Notes: a model not told the origin generated them from the sequence alone. A stretch of 64,000 nucleotides of DNA from Candidatus Bathyarchaeia archaeon (GCA_050010755.1 JBEKKK010000003.1:96001-160000); one strand, 5' to 3'. Positions 38,743 to 49,029 are shown, counted from the first letter of the stretch. Program-made: numbers and translations.

Positions 38743-41700
38743 TCATGCCTTCTCCTTGAGCTTCAGTTTGGGCGATATGCAAAGGCTCATCAATTCTTGC
38801 AGCAGAAGCTTAAACGCATACGAGACCACCACTGGAGAGATTTTCGATTTATCTTCGCAGAGTTTGCATACGTACTTTCTCTGTTTCATGTCGTAATAGG
38901 CTATATGCCCGCAACTTTCGCATATGTAAAGAGTGTACTTGTCCGATTCCTCCAGCAATCTGTCCCTCAGAAGCATAGCGGCTCCGTGACCAATCAGACA
39001 GTCACGTTCCATTTCACCGAACCTTAGACCCCCGCCCCTTGCTCTTCCCTCTGTGGGCTGCCTGGTCAGCATCTGGACCTGTCCTCTCGCTCTTGCATGA
39101 ATCTTGTCGGCAACCATGTGATGCAGCTTCTGGTAATGTATCACTCCTACGTAAATGTCCGCGACAAACTTTTCACCCGTGACGCCACTGTAAAATACTT
39201 CGGCGCCAGTGTTGCTATAGCCCAACTTGACGAGTTCTTTCCTAAGTTGGTCAGGCGTTTCATTAGAGAAGGGAGTTCCGTCCACAGGGCTACCTCTCAT
39301 TGATGCCACCTTTCCAGCTAGTGATTCAATAAACTGGCCAACTGTCATCCTTGAGGGGATAGCGTGCGGGTTGACTATTATGTCCGGAACTATTCCATCC
39401 TCCGTGAAGGGCATGTCTTCTTGGGGAACTATCAAACCAATTACACCCTTTTGTCCGTGTCGAGAAGCAAACTTGTCGCCCAACTCCGGAACGCGTTGGT
39501 CACGAACCCTCACCTTTACCAGCTTGCTCCCTTCTCCTGATGCCGTCACGAAAATAGCGTCAACTATACCCGTTTCCGACGGGCGCATGTCTACCGAAGT
39601 GTCGCGCATAGAAGGACCTTTAACCTCGAATTCCTTGTACTCTTCAAGAAACCTAGGCGGACTGATTCTGCCGATGAGAACGTCGCCCCCCGTCACAGCT
39701 GACTCGAGACCTATTATTCCGTCTGGTTCCAGCAGTCGGTAGTACTGTTCACCCCTGTACCCTCGTGTTCCAGCTTCTGGCAACGTGAACTTGTCCTTCA
39801 ACCCTCCTAGGTACTGGCGGCACTCGGCTTCATAAATGCGGAAGAAAGTTGAGCGTCCCAAGCCTCTTTCTATCGAAGCTTTGTTGAACACCAACGCGTC
39901 TTCCATGTTGTACCCTTCATACGACAAGACGGCCACAACACAGTTTTGGCCAGACGGTCGGAGTTTGTAACCCATCGTTTCCATCAGAGCCGTCTCGGCG
40001 ATGGGGAGTTGCGGATAGTGTAGAATGTGCGAACGGGAGTCCACGCGTTGCTGAAAGTTCGTCGAGTAGACTCCTAGAGCTTGCTTTGCCATCGCGGCTT
40101 GATAGGAATTGCGTGGTGATTGGTTGTGCTCAGCATATGGGATGGTTGAAGCGCAGATCCCGAGAATCGTGTACATTGCAATTTCCAAGTGCGTATGTGA
40201 AGGCTCTAGCTCTTCAGGGCACAAGGCGATGTAGGCGTTTTCCTCTTCCTCAGCGTCTATATATTCTATTATGCCGTTCTTGATTAGATCTTCCCATGCC
40301 CACTCGCCGGAGCTTATCTTTTCGACATGCTCTTTTCGGAGTTTGGGAACGCCGTTCTCGACTATTATCAGGGGCCGCCTAACCCTTCCTTCGTCACAGT
40401 TTACATACAGTTCTTCCCTCTCGCCCTGAGCTTTTGTGAAATAAGCCACGTTGACTTCGGTCGATATTTCTCCCCTCCTCCTCCGTTCAACGAGTTCTCG
40501 AGCTAATTCTCCTGGTGAGCCGAAATATCCAATTATGTTTCCGTCTACGAAGACTTTTGAACCAGAGAGTCTTAAGGTTTCATCTGCCTCCAGTACTGCC
40601 CGAACGCCAGAACTGAACAGCAGCTGCTTTATTTTATCGGGATTTACGCCCACTGAGATAGTTGCGGACAATGCTAGGTTCTTGACCAATCCGCAGTTTG
40701 AGCCTTCAGGCGTTTCGTTGGGGCACAGGCGACCCCAGTGTGTTGCGTGCAGATCCCTTGCCTCGAAGTTTGGTTGACTTCTGCTCAGAGGCGACTGCAA
40801 CCTGCGCAGGTGGCTCAGAGTAGAGATGTGGTTCGTCCTATCCAAGAGTTGAGTTATGCCAACTCTTCCTCTTCCCCAGTTTCCAGTCGCAAGCGCGTGC
40901 TGAAATCTTTCGGAAATTATTCCAGGGCGCACGGCTGCTGAAACGGTTATTATCGGCCCCTTCACGCCTATGCGTTCTAGCTGATATTTTATGTCGCGCG
41001 TGAGGTTTCTAAAGGCTACCCTGAAAAGGTCGGCGAGCAAGGGTCCTGCAAGCCTCAGTCGCTTGTTCTTGAAATGGTCCTTGTCATCGATTTTTCGTCG
41101 TTCAAGTTGCAGCTCAATGGCTCTGCAAGCCATCTCACTCAAGAACAATGCTTTATCTTTTCTGCTCTGGTCCGTTCTGCCAATATGCGGCAGAAAGTTT
41201 TTGTCTATCGCCGTTTCGGCTTTCTGGACTCGATATTCTTCCACTTGCCCGTGCGCCACACGATTCCCGATGAACAGAATCGCGTCTTTTGCTGTGTCTA
41301 CTCCTAAGGCTTTTTCGTAGGAAGGCTCTAAAGAGGTTTGTACGTCCTTGTCCAGAGAAATTGATTCTGCGATTTCTTTGTCTGATTCTAGTCCCAGGGC
41401 ACGCATTAGCACGACGAACGGGATTTCCGAGGGCACTCCTGGGATTGAAACGTATATTGCCGCGTCAGATTTTATCTTTAATTCTATTCTTGCCCTGAAA
41501 CCAACGGTGGTTGAGAAAATCTTTGATTGGTATACCGGCGTTGCGCCCTTTTCGTCTATGTCCACGATTATGCGGTTCGGGGCCAGGTCTTCCATGGCTA
41601 CTATTACGCGTTCGGAACCGTTAACTACAAAGTAGCCGCCAGGGTCGTCTGGATCTTCTCCGCATGCTATCAGTTCTTCTCTTGAAAGTTGAGACAAGAA

Positions 41701-42108
41701 GCACAGTTTCGACTTGAGCATTACGGGTATGTTTCCGACGTAGACGAGTTCTGTGTCTTGTTCCCTGCCGTCTATGACGGGTGTCATCTCGAGAGCTACG
41801 GGGGCGGCGTATGTTAGGTTTCGCAGTCTGGCCTCCATCGGGTAGATTTCGTGTTTTGTGCCGTCCACTTCTGTCGCGTATGGTCCGGTGATTCTGGTCT
41901 GAGGGTCTATGATCCAAATTTGACCCAGCTTGACCTTGTAGGGGCTCTCGGGAACTTCTATTGGGATTTCGCCTATTTCGTCGATTACTTCCTGAAGGCC
42001 TCGGTCGATGAACTCGTTATAAGAGTCCAGATGTTGGCGTACCAAGCCCTTGTCCTTGAAGAAAGCGTTCAGCAGTAGGTGTGTGTCTTCTTTTGATACT
42101 TCAGCCAT
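38743..42108 (-). CDS. rpoB: RNA polymerase subunit B (unsplit)
   Basis: GYNMEDA, GDKFASRHGQKG, GLRFGEMERD. Confidence 0.98.
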   Translation of the reverse strand: MAEVSKEDTHLLLNAFFKDKGLVRQHLDSYNEFIDRGLQEVIDEIGEIPIEVPESPYKVKLGQIWIIDPQTRITGPYATEVDGTKHEIYPMEARLRNLTYAAPVALEMTPVIDGREQDTELVYVGNIPVMLKSKLCFLSQLSREELIACGEDPDDPGGYFVVNGSERVIVAMEDLAPNRIIVDIDEKGATPVYQSKIFSTTVGFRARIELKIKSDAAIYVSIPGVPSEIPFVVLMRALGLESDKEIAESISLDKDVQTSLEPSYEKALGVDTAKDAILFIGNRVAHGQVEEYRVQKAETAIDKNFLPHIGRTDQSRKDKALFLSEMACRAIELQLERRKIDDKDHFKNKRLRLAGPLLADLFRVAFRNLTRDIKYQLERIGVKGPIITVSAAVRPGIISERFQHALATGNWGRGRVGITQLLDRTNHISTLSHLRRLQSPLSRSQPNFEARDLHATHWGRLCPNETPEGSNCGLVKNLALSATISVGVNPDKIKQLLFSSGVRAVLEADETLRLSGSKVFVDGNIIGYFGSPGELARELVERRRRGEISTEVNVAYFTKAQGEREELYVNCDEGRVRRPLIIVENGVPKLRKEHVEKISSGEWAWEDLIKNGIIEYIDAEEEENAYIALCPEELEPSHTHLEIAMYTILGICASTIPYAEHNQSPRNSYQAAMAKQALGVYSTNFQQRVDSRSHILHYPQLPIAETALMETMGYKLRPSGQNCVVAVLSYEGYNMEDALVFNKASIERGLGRSTFFRIYEAECRQYLGGLKDKFTLPEAGTRGYRGEQYYRLLEPDGIIGLESAVTGGDVLIGRISPPRFLEEYKEFEVKGPSMRDTSVDMRPSETGIVDAIFVTASGEGSKLVKVRVRDQRVPELGDKFASRHGQKGVIGLIVPQEDMPFTEDGIVPDIIVNPHAIPSRMTVGQFIESLAGKVASMRGSPVDGTPFSNETPDQLRKELVKLGYSNTGAEVFYSGVTGEKFVADIYVGVIHYQKLHHMVADKIHARARGQVQMLTRQPTEGRARGGGLRFGEMERDCLIGHGAAMLLRDRLLEESDKYTLYICESCGHIAYYDMKQRKYVCKLCEDKSKISPVVVSYAFKLLLQELMSLCISPKLKLKEKA

Positions 42109-42374
42109 GTTTAATCATCCCCCGCAGCTTCACGTTGGACGTGAATGAAAGAGATCGTTTCGATGCGGGTTTCATCAAATTCTTGATTTCCTCCAACTAT
42201 GGATCATTCCGACTTGAAAAATGGTCACCAATATTTAAGGAGCTAGAAACGTAACTTATATGCTGTCTAATAAACTTTTTGTCCTTCGGCACGCGTTTCA
42301 GTTTGCTCCGTCGATCTGGAAAATTATTGGCAGTTCGAAGCGAAACGCATTAGTGGCTAGCGTCACAAGTTAGT

Positions 42375-42746
42375 GTGTGTGAGTTCAAGGTGGAACAGAG
42401 ATTCAGGGCAACGATCGTGTGGCTGATTTTGAACGGAAAAGCTGAAGAAGCGTTGGAAATTCTGGCTAGGAAATATGGTGTCAGAGTTCCCATTGTGAAA
42501 GTCGGTTTGCCCAAGAGGGATAAGAGGAAGGCGCTGGGATGTTATAACGGCAGGAAGAGGACTATTTTCGTTTTGAACAGTGACACGTTGAGAAATCCAT
42601 TCGTGATTCTGCACGAGTTTTACCATCATCTCAGGACTGGCGGCGATGCGAGGCATCGAGGAACTGAGAAGTATGCGAATGTTTTTGCGAATGAGTTCCT
42701 AGAAGCTTATAGGTCGATGGCAATTGCAGAATCGGGAAATGATTAA
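42375..42746 (+). CDS. Small HExxH (minimal zincin-like) protein
   Basis: ALGCY...VILHEFYHH...EKYANVFA; exact start uncertain. Confidence 0.75.
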   Translation: MCEFKVEQRFRATIVWLILNGKAEEALEILARKYGVRVPIVKVGLPKRDKRKALGCYNGRKRTIFVLNSDTLRNPFVILHEFYHHLRTGGDARHRGTEKYANVFANEFLEAYRSMAIAESGND

Positions 42747-42774
42747 TAAGAAAGAGCGGAAAATCTAACTGGGC

Positions 42775-42895
42775 GCAGCGGTAACCAAGCCAGGTCAAAG
42801 GTGAAGGACTCAAGATCGGTTTTCTTGGCCTGAAATGGCCCCTATGAGCCATCCTTTCCCGTAGGGGTTCGCCGGTTCAAATCCGGCCCGCTGCA
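42775..42895 (+). tRNA. tRNA-Leu(CAA) with 36-nt intron at canonical 37/38 (42815-42850)
   Basis: Acceptor GCAGCGG/CCGCTGC-A, anticodon stem AAGGA/TCCTT, long variable arm, T-arm GCCGG-TTCAAAT-CCGGC. Relaxed BHB: CTCA/TGAG helix with AGA and CCA bulges. Confidence 0.95.
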
Positions 42896-42995
42896 CTTTT
42901 AAGCCTACCTCGGGCTGGATAAAGCGGCATAGGAATTCAGGATGATTTACAGTTTTGCAGGGGCGATTGGGAAAACTTGCTTTCGCGGCGGGCCA

Positions 42996-43270
42996 CTCCC
43001 CTTTTTTTCTTTACGTCTGTTGTAATGTTGCTTTGTAATGTGTAAGCGTAAATTTCCATGTATCGTGCAGAGTGTTCCGGAAAACGGGTTAAAAATGGAT
43101 TATGCGCGTTAATGTCGGCCCTGTCTGTGTGAGTTTAGGCTTGAGTTCGTGTTGGATTGGGATTTCACCAGTGAACGGTTGACCCCCTCCCTTTTTTTCT
43201 TTACATCAGACGTATTGCTGCGGCGTAAACCGTGATGTGAGTGCGTATTAATACGTGCGAGTTTCGGAGT
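42996..43270 (-). repeat. Inverted copy of the 30-kb array (2 cores, ~190 bp apart)
   Basis: 42996-43061 is the exact reverse complement of 30043-30108; second core at ~43182-43210. Confidence 0.9.
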
Positions 43271-43809
43271 GAGAGATATCTGACAGTGGGGATGAGATAA
43301 TCGTTTAGAACTCTAGATATGATCAGCCTGATTCAACATGTCGCGCCGTTTTTGACTCTCTTGGTATTGCGACGTCGGTGTAGTTCAGTCGAACACCATG
43401 TGAGAAAGGCTTATATTACGATTCACGACATCGATGTCTCTGCACGGTTGGCGTTGAGAAAACATGAGGAAGAAAATAGAGTTAGAAGTGCGCAGGGGAA
43501 ACCAAAACTCAAAGTTTGAACCGCTCCTCGAAGAGTCTGTCTTTCGCGAATTTGTTGTCAATAGATTGCAGACATAGCGTGTAGGCGATAAAACACACCC
43601 AAACAATCCCTCCAGACGATGGGATCTGGACAAATCTCGCTTTTCAAAGAAACACGTGTTCGTTTTTGGTCCCTTAATCTTTCTTTTCAGCCCTTGTGCT
43701 GTCCAATTTCTTCAGAGTGGGAACCAGAAAAATGGAAGTCTGGGGGTAAATGCATATATCTCTCTGAATCGTTTAAAACGTTGCGCTGTTTGTCGTCTAA
43801 GGCGGAAAA

Positions 43810-44724
43810 ATGACCCTCGCAGACGAGATATTGAAGCTGAAGAAAGAGAAGAATGCAATAATTTTGGCGCATAATTATCAGAGAGAAGAGGTTCAAGATA
43901 TTGCGGACTACATTGGGGACAGCATAGAGCTGGGCAGGAAAGCCATGGAGGAGAAAGATGCGAAGATCATAGTTTTCTCTGCTGTTGATTTCATGGCTGA
44001 GTCGGCGGCGATCCTTAATCCTGGCAAAAAGGTTTTGCTACCGACGCTTGGTGCGCGATGTCCTATGGCGCAGATGCTCACCGTCGAAGAGATTAAGAGG
44101 GCGAAGTTGCACCATCCGCTCGTGCCCGTGGTTTTGTACGTTAACACTCTGGCAGTAGCCAAGGCCTACTGTGACATTTGTTGCACGTCGGCTAATGCTG
44201 TTGATGTGGTTGCGTCGGTAGATGCGGACACGGTGCTCTTCGGTCCAGACCGCAATCTTGCTGAATATGTGCAGAGGAAGACTGGAAAGACCGTTATCCC
44301 TATCCCTGAATGGGGATTTTGTCCGACGCACTTGCTCTTTCAATCGGAGGATGTCCAGGTGCTGAAGAGTAGATATCCGGAAGCCAAGGTTATGGTGCAT
44401 CCCGAGTGCACGTTTGAAATGCAGAAAGCCGCCGACTTTGTCGGAAGCACGTCACAAATGTGCAGGTATGCGAGAGAGTGTGAGGCTGAAACGTTTATAG
44501 TGGGAACTGAGGAAGGAATACTTCACAGATTAAAGAAAGATAATCCACGGAAGAAGTTCCTCTTAGCCTACGAAGAGGCAGTCTGCCCGACCATGAAGCT
44601 GAACACGCTTGACAGGATTTACACGGCTTTGAAAGAAGAGAAATATGTAGTGACTGTCCCCGAGCCTGTCGCAAGGCAGGCGAGGAAGGCCTTGCAGAGA
44701 ATGTTTGACCTAAAATGCAGATAG
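43810..44724 (+). CDS. nadA: Quinolinate synthase A
   Basis: LAHNYQ, FMAESA, CPMA, LYVN, HPEC, GST, VGTE, CPTMK. Confidence 0.95.
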   Translation: MTLADEILKLKKEKNAIILAHNYQREEVQDIADYIGDSIELGRKAMEEKDAKIIVFSAVDFMAESAAILNPGKKVLLPTLGARCPMAQMLTVEEIKRAKLHHPLVPVVLYVNTLAVAKAYCDICCTSANAVDVVASVDADTVLFGPDRNLAEYVQRKTGKTVIPIPEWGFCPTHLLFQSEDVQVLKSRYPEAKVMVHPECTFEMQKAADFVGSTSQMCRYARECEAETFIVGTEEGILHRLKKDNPRKKFLLAYEEAVCPTMKLNTLDRIYTALKEEKYVVTVPEPVARQARKALQRMFDLKCR

Positions 44725-45115
44725 AATGCTATACAGAAAAACCACCATCCTTGAACTTTCACTCGTTTTTTGGCGGCACGGTTATCTCTTGGTTTTCGAA
44801 TATGGTCAGCTTTGCCCTTGACTGCTATCGTCTCAAGATAGTGTGTTTGGCTAGGGTGGTGTGCATCGTAGAACAGATGATGCGTGTAAATCTGTGTTGT
44901 GGGTGGCTGAGCGCATTTTCGAGCTCTCCCGACTTCGTGATCATAAAGGATCATCATGAGCCCCGCTTGACATCCAGCAGCGCGCTAAGAGATGCCCATG
45001 GGGCTGATTCTAAGGGCTTGCCGCAAGGATCGTATGTTTGAAGGAAGAGCAACTTTTTGAGTTGGAAGAGTGATATGTGTTCTTGCAATGACCCTCTTGG
45101 CGGAGCTGGTTTGAC

Positions 45116-45577
45116 TTGGAAGATTTGAGAATAGCGAAGAAGCATCTCGTAGAGGAAGGTTTGACGCTTTCCATCGTCAAGGATGGGTGTGTGCTCTTTG
45201 AGACTGGTTCGCATGGGATTTCGGGCTTGTTGAGGGCGATTCAAGAGGTTGGTGAGCGGCTTAGGGGGGCTTCTGTTGCGGACAAGGTTGTTGGCAGGGC
45301 GATTGCACTCTTGTGTCTCTTTGCTGGGGTTGGAGGGGTGTATGGTTCGGTCATGAGTGGGGCGGCGGAGGAGTTGTTTGAGGAGAATGGGGTTCATGCT
45401 GAATGGGCGGAGTTGATTGGAAGCGTGCTCGACGAGTGCAAGTCGGCGACGTGTCCGTTTGAGAGGTTGGCTGGGGGAATCTCGGATCCTGAGGAGGCTT
45501 ACAAAAAACTTAAAGCTCTGCAGGATTCTCTAAAGCATGGTAGGTTGGGAGACAAAGTTGGGAAGCGAGGAGTCTGA
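45116..45577 (+). CDS. DUF1893 (TM1506-like) protein
   Basis: ADKVVGRA, VMS..A, CPFE motifs. Confidence 0.8.
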   Translation: MEDLRIAKKHLVEEGLTLSIVKDGCVLFETGSHGISGLLRAIQEVGERLRGASVADKVVGRAIALLCLFAGVGGVYGSVMSGAAEELFEENGVHAEWAELIGSVLDECKSATCPFERLAGGISDPEEAYKKLKALQDSLKHGRLGDKVGKRGV

Positions 45578-45968
45578 GGAGAAGGAACTGGAACGTTTGA
45601 GGAATAAGAAGTTGGGTGAGCTGGGGGAGAAGAAGCAGGAAGTGTGTGATACACCAGTTCACATTACGGATTCTAGCTTTAAGGAGATAACTGGCAAGCA
45701 TGGGGTGGCGCTGGTGGATTTTTGGGCGTCGTGGTGTGGGCCGTGTCGGTCATTGGCTCCGACGATTGAGGAGTTGGCTAAGGATTATGCGGGCAGGATT
45801 CTTGTGGGGAAGCTTAACGTGGATGAGAATCCGCAGACTGCGGAGTGTTTTCAGGTTTTCAGTATTCCGACGATGCTGATTATGAAGAATGGTGAAGAAG
45901 TGGACAGGATTGTGGGTTGCGTTCAGAAGAAATATATAGAGGCTGCTTTGAAGAAGCACATGGAGTAG
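45558..45968 (+). CDS. trxA: Thioredoxin
   Basis: VDFWASWCGPC, KLNVDEN, SIPT; TTG start chosen after the SD. Confidence 0.92.
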   Translation: MGSEESEEKELERLRNKKLGELGEKKQEVCDTPVHITDSSFKEITGKHGVALVDFWASWCGPCRSLAPTIEELAKDYAGRILVGKLNVDENPQTAECFQVFSIPTMLIMKNGEEVDRIVGCVQKKYIEAALKKHME

Positions 45969-45977
45969 GTTTGGGCA

Positions 45978-46105
45978 TGGACTTACCGGAGAGTCGGATG
46001 ATAGGCGCGCTGTTGCTTCTTCTGGGTGTTTCTGCGTTGGCTGTGGGTGCTTACACTGGCCAGCTGAGCGTCATAGTGAACCTGCTTGAGAAGATGTTCC
46101 CGTAA
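45978..46105 (+). CDS. 42-aa membrane protein
   Basis: MDLPESRMIGALLLLLGVSALAVGAYTGQ..., 9 nt after the trx stop. Confidence 0.55.
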
Positions 46106-46182
46106 TCGTTGCTGAGCAGGAGTTTTTCTGTTGTGCCGAACTGTTTCGGCTCGGTTTGTCTATTGAACGGGTGGGTGTTTGT

Positions 46183-46755
46183 TTGAGTCCGCCGGTTGTT
46201 GAGGGCAAGGACGGGGAGGGTGAGGCCGTTCTGGAGGCGGCTAAATTCATGTTGGCGGCTGCGCGAACTGCTCCTAAGACGGCGGGTGTGGATGACATTG
46301 TGGCGTTGGTTGTCTACGGGGCGGAGAAGGATGTCGTCGCCACTGCGATGGAGGAGATGGGGCAGGAGAGGGGGATAGAGGGTTTCAGGCGTGATGCGAA
46401 GAACGTTAGGGATTCTTTTGCCGTTGTTCTGATAGGCGTCAGGGGGGACAGGAGCCTAGGCTTGGATTGTGGAGCTTGCGGCTATGGGGGTTGCCGAGAG
46501 TTTGATGAGGCTACAAGGAGGAAGGGCGGGGACTTCGTGGGTCCTTCGTGCGTGTTTAAGATCTTGGACTTGGGGATTGCGTTGGGGTCGGCTGTGAAGA
46601 CGGCGAGTTTGCTTGATGTTGATAACCGGATTATGTATCGGGTCGGGGCGGCTGCTGTGAGGCTGAAGCTGCTGCCTGAGGCGACGGTTGTTATGGGGAT
46701 TCCGGTTTCGGTGAGGGGTAAGAACATCTATTTTGACAGGCCTGCGAAGATGTGA
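46183..46755 (+). CDS. DUF2148 ferredoxin-domain (nitroreductase-like) protein
   Basis: AARTAPK, CGACG..C, DLGIALGSA, DNRIMY, KNIYFDR. Confidence 0.85.
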   Translation: MSPPVVEGKDGEGEAVLEAAKFMLAAARTAPKTAGVDDIVALVVYGAEKDVVATAMEEMGQERGIEGFRRDAKNVRDSFAVVLIGVRGDRSLGLDCGACGYGGCREFDEATRRKGGDFVGPSCVFKILDLGIALGSAVKTASLLDVDNRIMYRVGAAAVRLKLLPEATVVMGIPVSVRGKNIYFDRPAKM

Positions 46756-46863
46756 CCGGGTCTTCGGTGAGCCTGCACTTTTTTGTGTTGTTTTGTTATG
46801 GGCTTCGGGTGAGTTGCTGATGTGGGGTTTGGTTCTGGCGGTTGAGGGCGTGTTGGGGTTTGG

Positions 46864-47451
46864 TTAGGTTTGGGTTTTTGTTTTTTCGTACATTTTTTCG
46901 AGTGTCCAGCGGATGCTTGATTTGAGTTCTTTGAGTCTTTCTGGGTCGATGTTTTTTATTTGTATTTCGCGGATGGTGTCGCCTTCTCTGAGGATGTTGT
47001 AGCAGAGGATTTTGTCTGGTGGTAGTTGTCCGTTTCTGGCGAGTTCGTTGTCTCTTTCTTGCATTTTGAGTAGGATTTTTTGTAGGAGGAACTGGTTGAA
47101 GGGTGGGGTGTTGAAATTGAAGTTTTTGTCGTCGGCGAGGACGACGCGGAGTCTGTCTTCTTCGACGTGCATGTGTGCCAAGAGTTCGCCGGTGTTTGTC
47201 TGGAGCGGTGTGATGTTGTCGAGTTCCTGTTCGATATGGGTTTCGCTTGTTGTTTCTGTTGTTGGTGTTTCTGTTCTTGTTGGTTCTTCTTGGATTTCTG
47301 GGCGTTTGAAGCCTTTTTCGAGGAGGAGGGTGTCGAGGGTTTCGAGCATGGCTTGTGAGTCTTTGAGTTCGGTGGTGAGGTTTTCGATTTTGGTTTCGAG
47401 TTTTTTCTTGAATTCGACGAGGCGTTTTATTCGATCAGCGTCTGTTGACAA
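46864..47451 (-). CDS. Conserved hypothetical archaeal protein
   Basis: N-terminal coiled coil, TPPFNQFL, ELKSSIRWTLEKM. Confidence 0.8.
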   Translation of the reverse strand: MSTDADRIKRLVEFKKKLETKIENLTTELKDSQAMLETLDTLLLEKGFKRPEIQEEPTRTETPTTETTSETHIEQELDNITPLQTNTGELLAHMHVEEDRLRVVLADDKNFNFNTPPFNQFLLQKILLKMQERDNELARNGQLPPDKILCYNILREGDTIREIQIKNIDPERLKELKSSIRWTLEKMYEKTKTQT

Positions 47452-47620
47452 TTCTTGTTCACTGTCCTAGCAGTAAGTGCTTGTTTGGCTTATCAATTCT
47501 TTGCGTCGTGTTTGTGGTCGTTGTTGTTTTTGTTGTTGTGGCGTGGCGGGGTCGGCTGTGTTTTTTGATGTTTGTGTTTTGGGCTGTTTTTCTGTTTTTG
47601 GGTTTGCATCAGTCTCAGGC

Positions 47621-47710
47621 CTCGACTGGATTCGACTGGATTCGACTTGAAATGACTTGATTCGACTCTGTTCGACTTGGTTTGACTCGTTTCGACCTGT
47701 TTCGTCTCGG
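47621..47710. repeat. Nine tandem 10-bp units, consensus TTCGACT-nnn
   Basis: ctcgactgga ttcgactgga ttcgacttga aatgacttga ttcgactctg ttcgacttgg tttgactcgt ttcgacctgt ttcgtctcgg. Confidence 0.9.
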
Positions 47711-47818
47711 GCGCATGTTGTTCGTGATGGTGCAGAACTGTCTGTTTGGTTACTCTTGCTTCATTCTTTTCGGAAGAGCTATAGCGGAACTTGGTATTCT
47801 ATAGAATGTGAGAGAGCA

Positions 47819-48601
47819 ATGTGGGTCCATTTTGATTTTAAGTGCAGAGTTGACGAGCAGATACGGCTGCATAAGAAGTTCAGACCGTTGATTTCTAAGT
47901 GGCGAGGTCCTCTTGTGAACGGCTGTGTCTTGACCTATCACTTCGAATCTCCGCGCACTCCAGATGACTCGCTTTACGTGTGCCTCAGCATACCTTCGAT
48001 GAAGCCAGTCGAGAGTCGCAGTTTGTACATTTCAGAAGAGCAGAGAGAACATATACCAAGCGAAATCCGGGATACGATGTCTGATTTTTCTTCAAGATTC
48101 CTCATCGACCCTCAGCGGGACAGGCTGGAGATTAAGGATTATGAGTTTGAGCTTGGCAAACCTGAGGTGTTATCTGAATACAATGCTTCTGTAGATGAAA
48201 TATTGAACTTCGTTTCGAGAGGAACTGACGTGGCCCTCGAACTGCTGGATGACGCCAGGACGAAACAGCTCAGTTGGACGAACGACAAGGAACTGGCGGA
48301 CACCCTCAAGGAGCGCATAGATGCTCGTCTAACAAGTGAAAACGAGAGAAACAGGGGATTTCATTTTGTCTGCAATTCGATGTGCTTTGGAGGGCACATT
48401 GAGAATTATCTGAGGGGTATACTGAATCAATCCTTCGACGGGGAAGACTACTGGGCGTTAGGATACCTGTACGAGTTAGAGAAGAGCGGCAACATCAAGG
48501 AAGCCTTCCAGAGATTTCTCCCAGTAACCGAGCTGAATCCCATGTTTTTCCTCCGCACAACTTACACAATGTCGAGACAAAAACGCTGGGAGTCATATTG
48601 A
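47819..48601 (+). CDS. Hypothetical protein
   Basis: Long ORF; ATG 47819 preferred because the track start lies inside the tandem repeat. Confidence 0.7.
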   Translation: MWVHFDFKCRVDEQIRLHKKFRPLISKWRGPLVNGCVLTYHFESPRTPDDSLYVCLSIPSMKPVESRSLYISEEQREHIPSEIRDTMSDFSSRFLIDPQRDRLEIKDYEFELGKPEVLSEYNASVDEILNFVSRGTDVALELLDDARTKQLSWTNDKELADTLKERIDARLTSENERNRGFHFVCNSMCFGGHIENYLRGILNQSFDGEDYWALGYLYELEKSGNIKEAFQRFLPVTELNPMFFLRTTYTMSRQKRWESY

Positions 48602-49029
48602 AGTTCACCAAGCTAACTCTTACCTGGCCTGTCGACCGCCTTATCGCATCATATGGAGCTAGGAAATTATGATAATCGCAAATTACGAATTCTCCCTTTT
48701 CTTTTCGAATATGGGCAGCGGTCAGCGGTGAGGGCGTTAAACATTGAATTGGCATGATAAGAAAAACTTTGGTTATGGGTAGTATTGTCCGAAGTTTCTG
48801 GCTACGAGGGCTATGTCTTTCATTTTGATTTTTCCTGAAAGTTTGACTTCGTTTTCCTCAAACGTATAGTCAAAGTATGTTTCAATTGAAGCAACCCCCG
48901 ACATTCTAGTCGTGTTGGTGCCCGTTCTTTAGGTTTCGGCTCGCTTCTGAAAGCGCAGGTGTTCCTAGGTGCTTGCGCTAAATGTTAATGAGCTTGTGGC
49001 GCATAATATAACTGGGAAGAGGTTGGGGC

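Noticed and set aside
42886-42900. tRNA-Leu 3' end as the element's attB (shares CTGCACTTT with the 21-bp repeat)
   Set aside because: Only 9 bp match, mostly beyond the tRNA end; the same 9-mer occurs at ~46773 and ~62253, and the tRNA is 13 kb from the element.
43319-43896. Several 64-82 aa ORFs upstream of nadA
   Set aside because: Mutually overlapping with no recognisable motifs; none can be supported.
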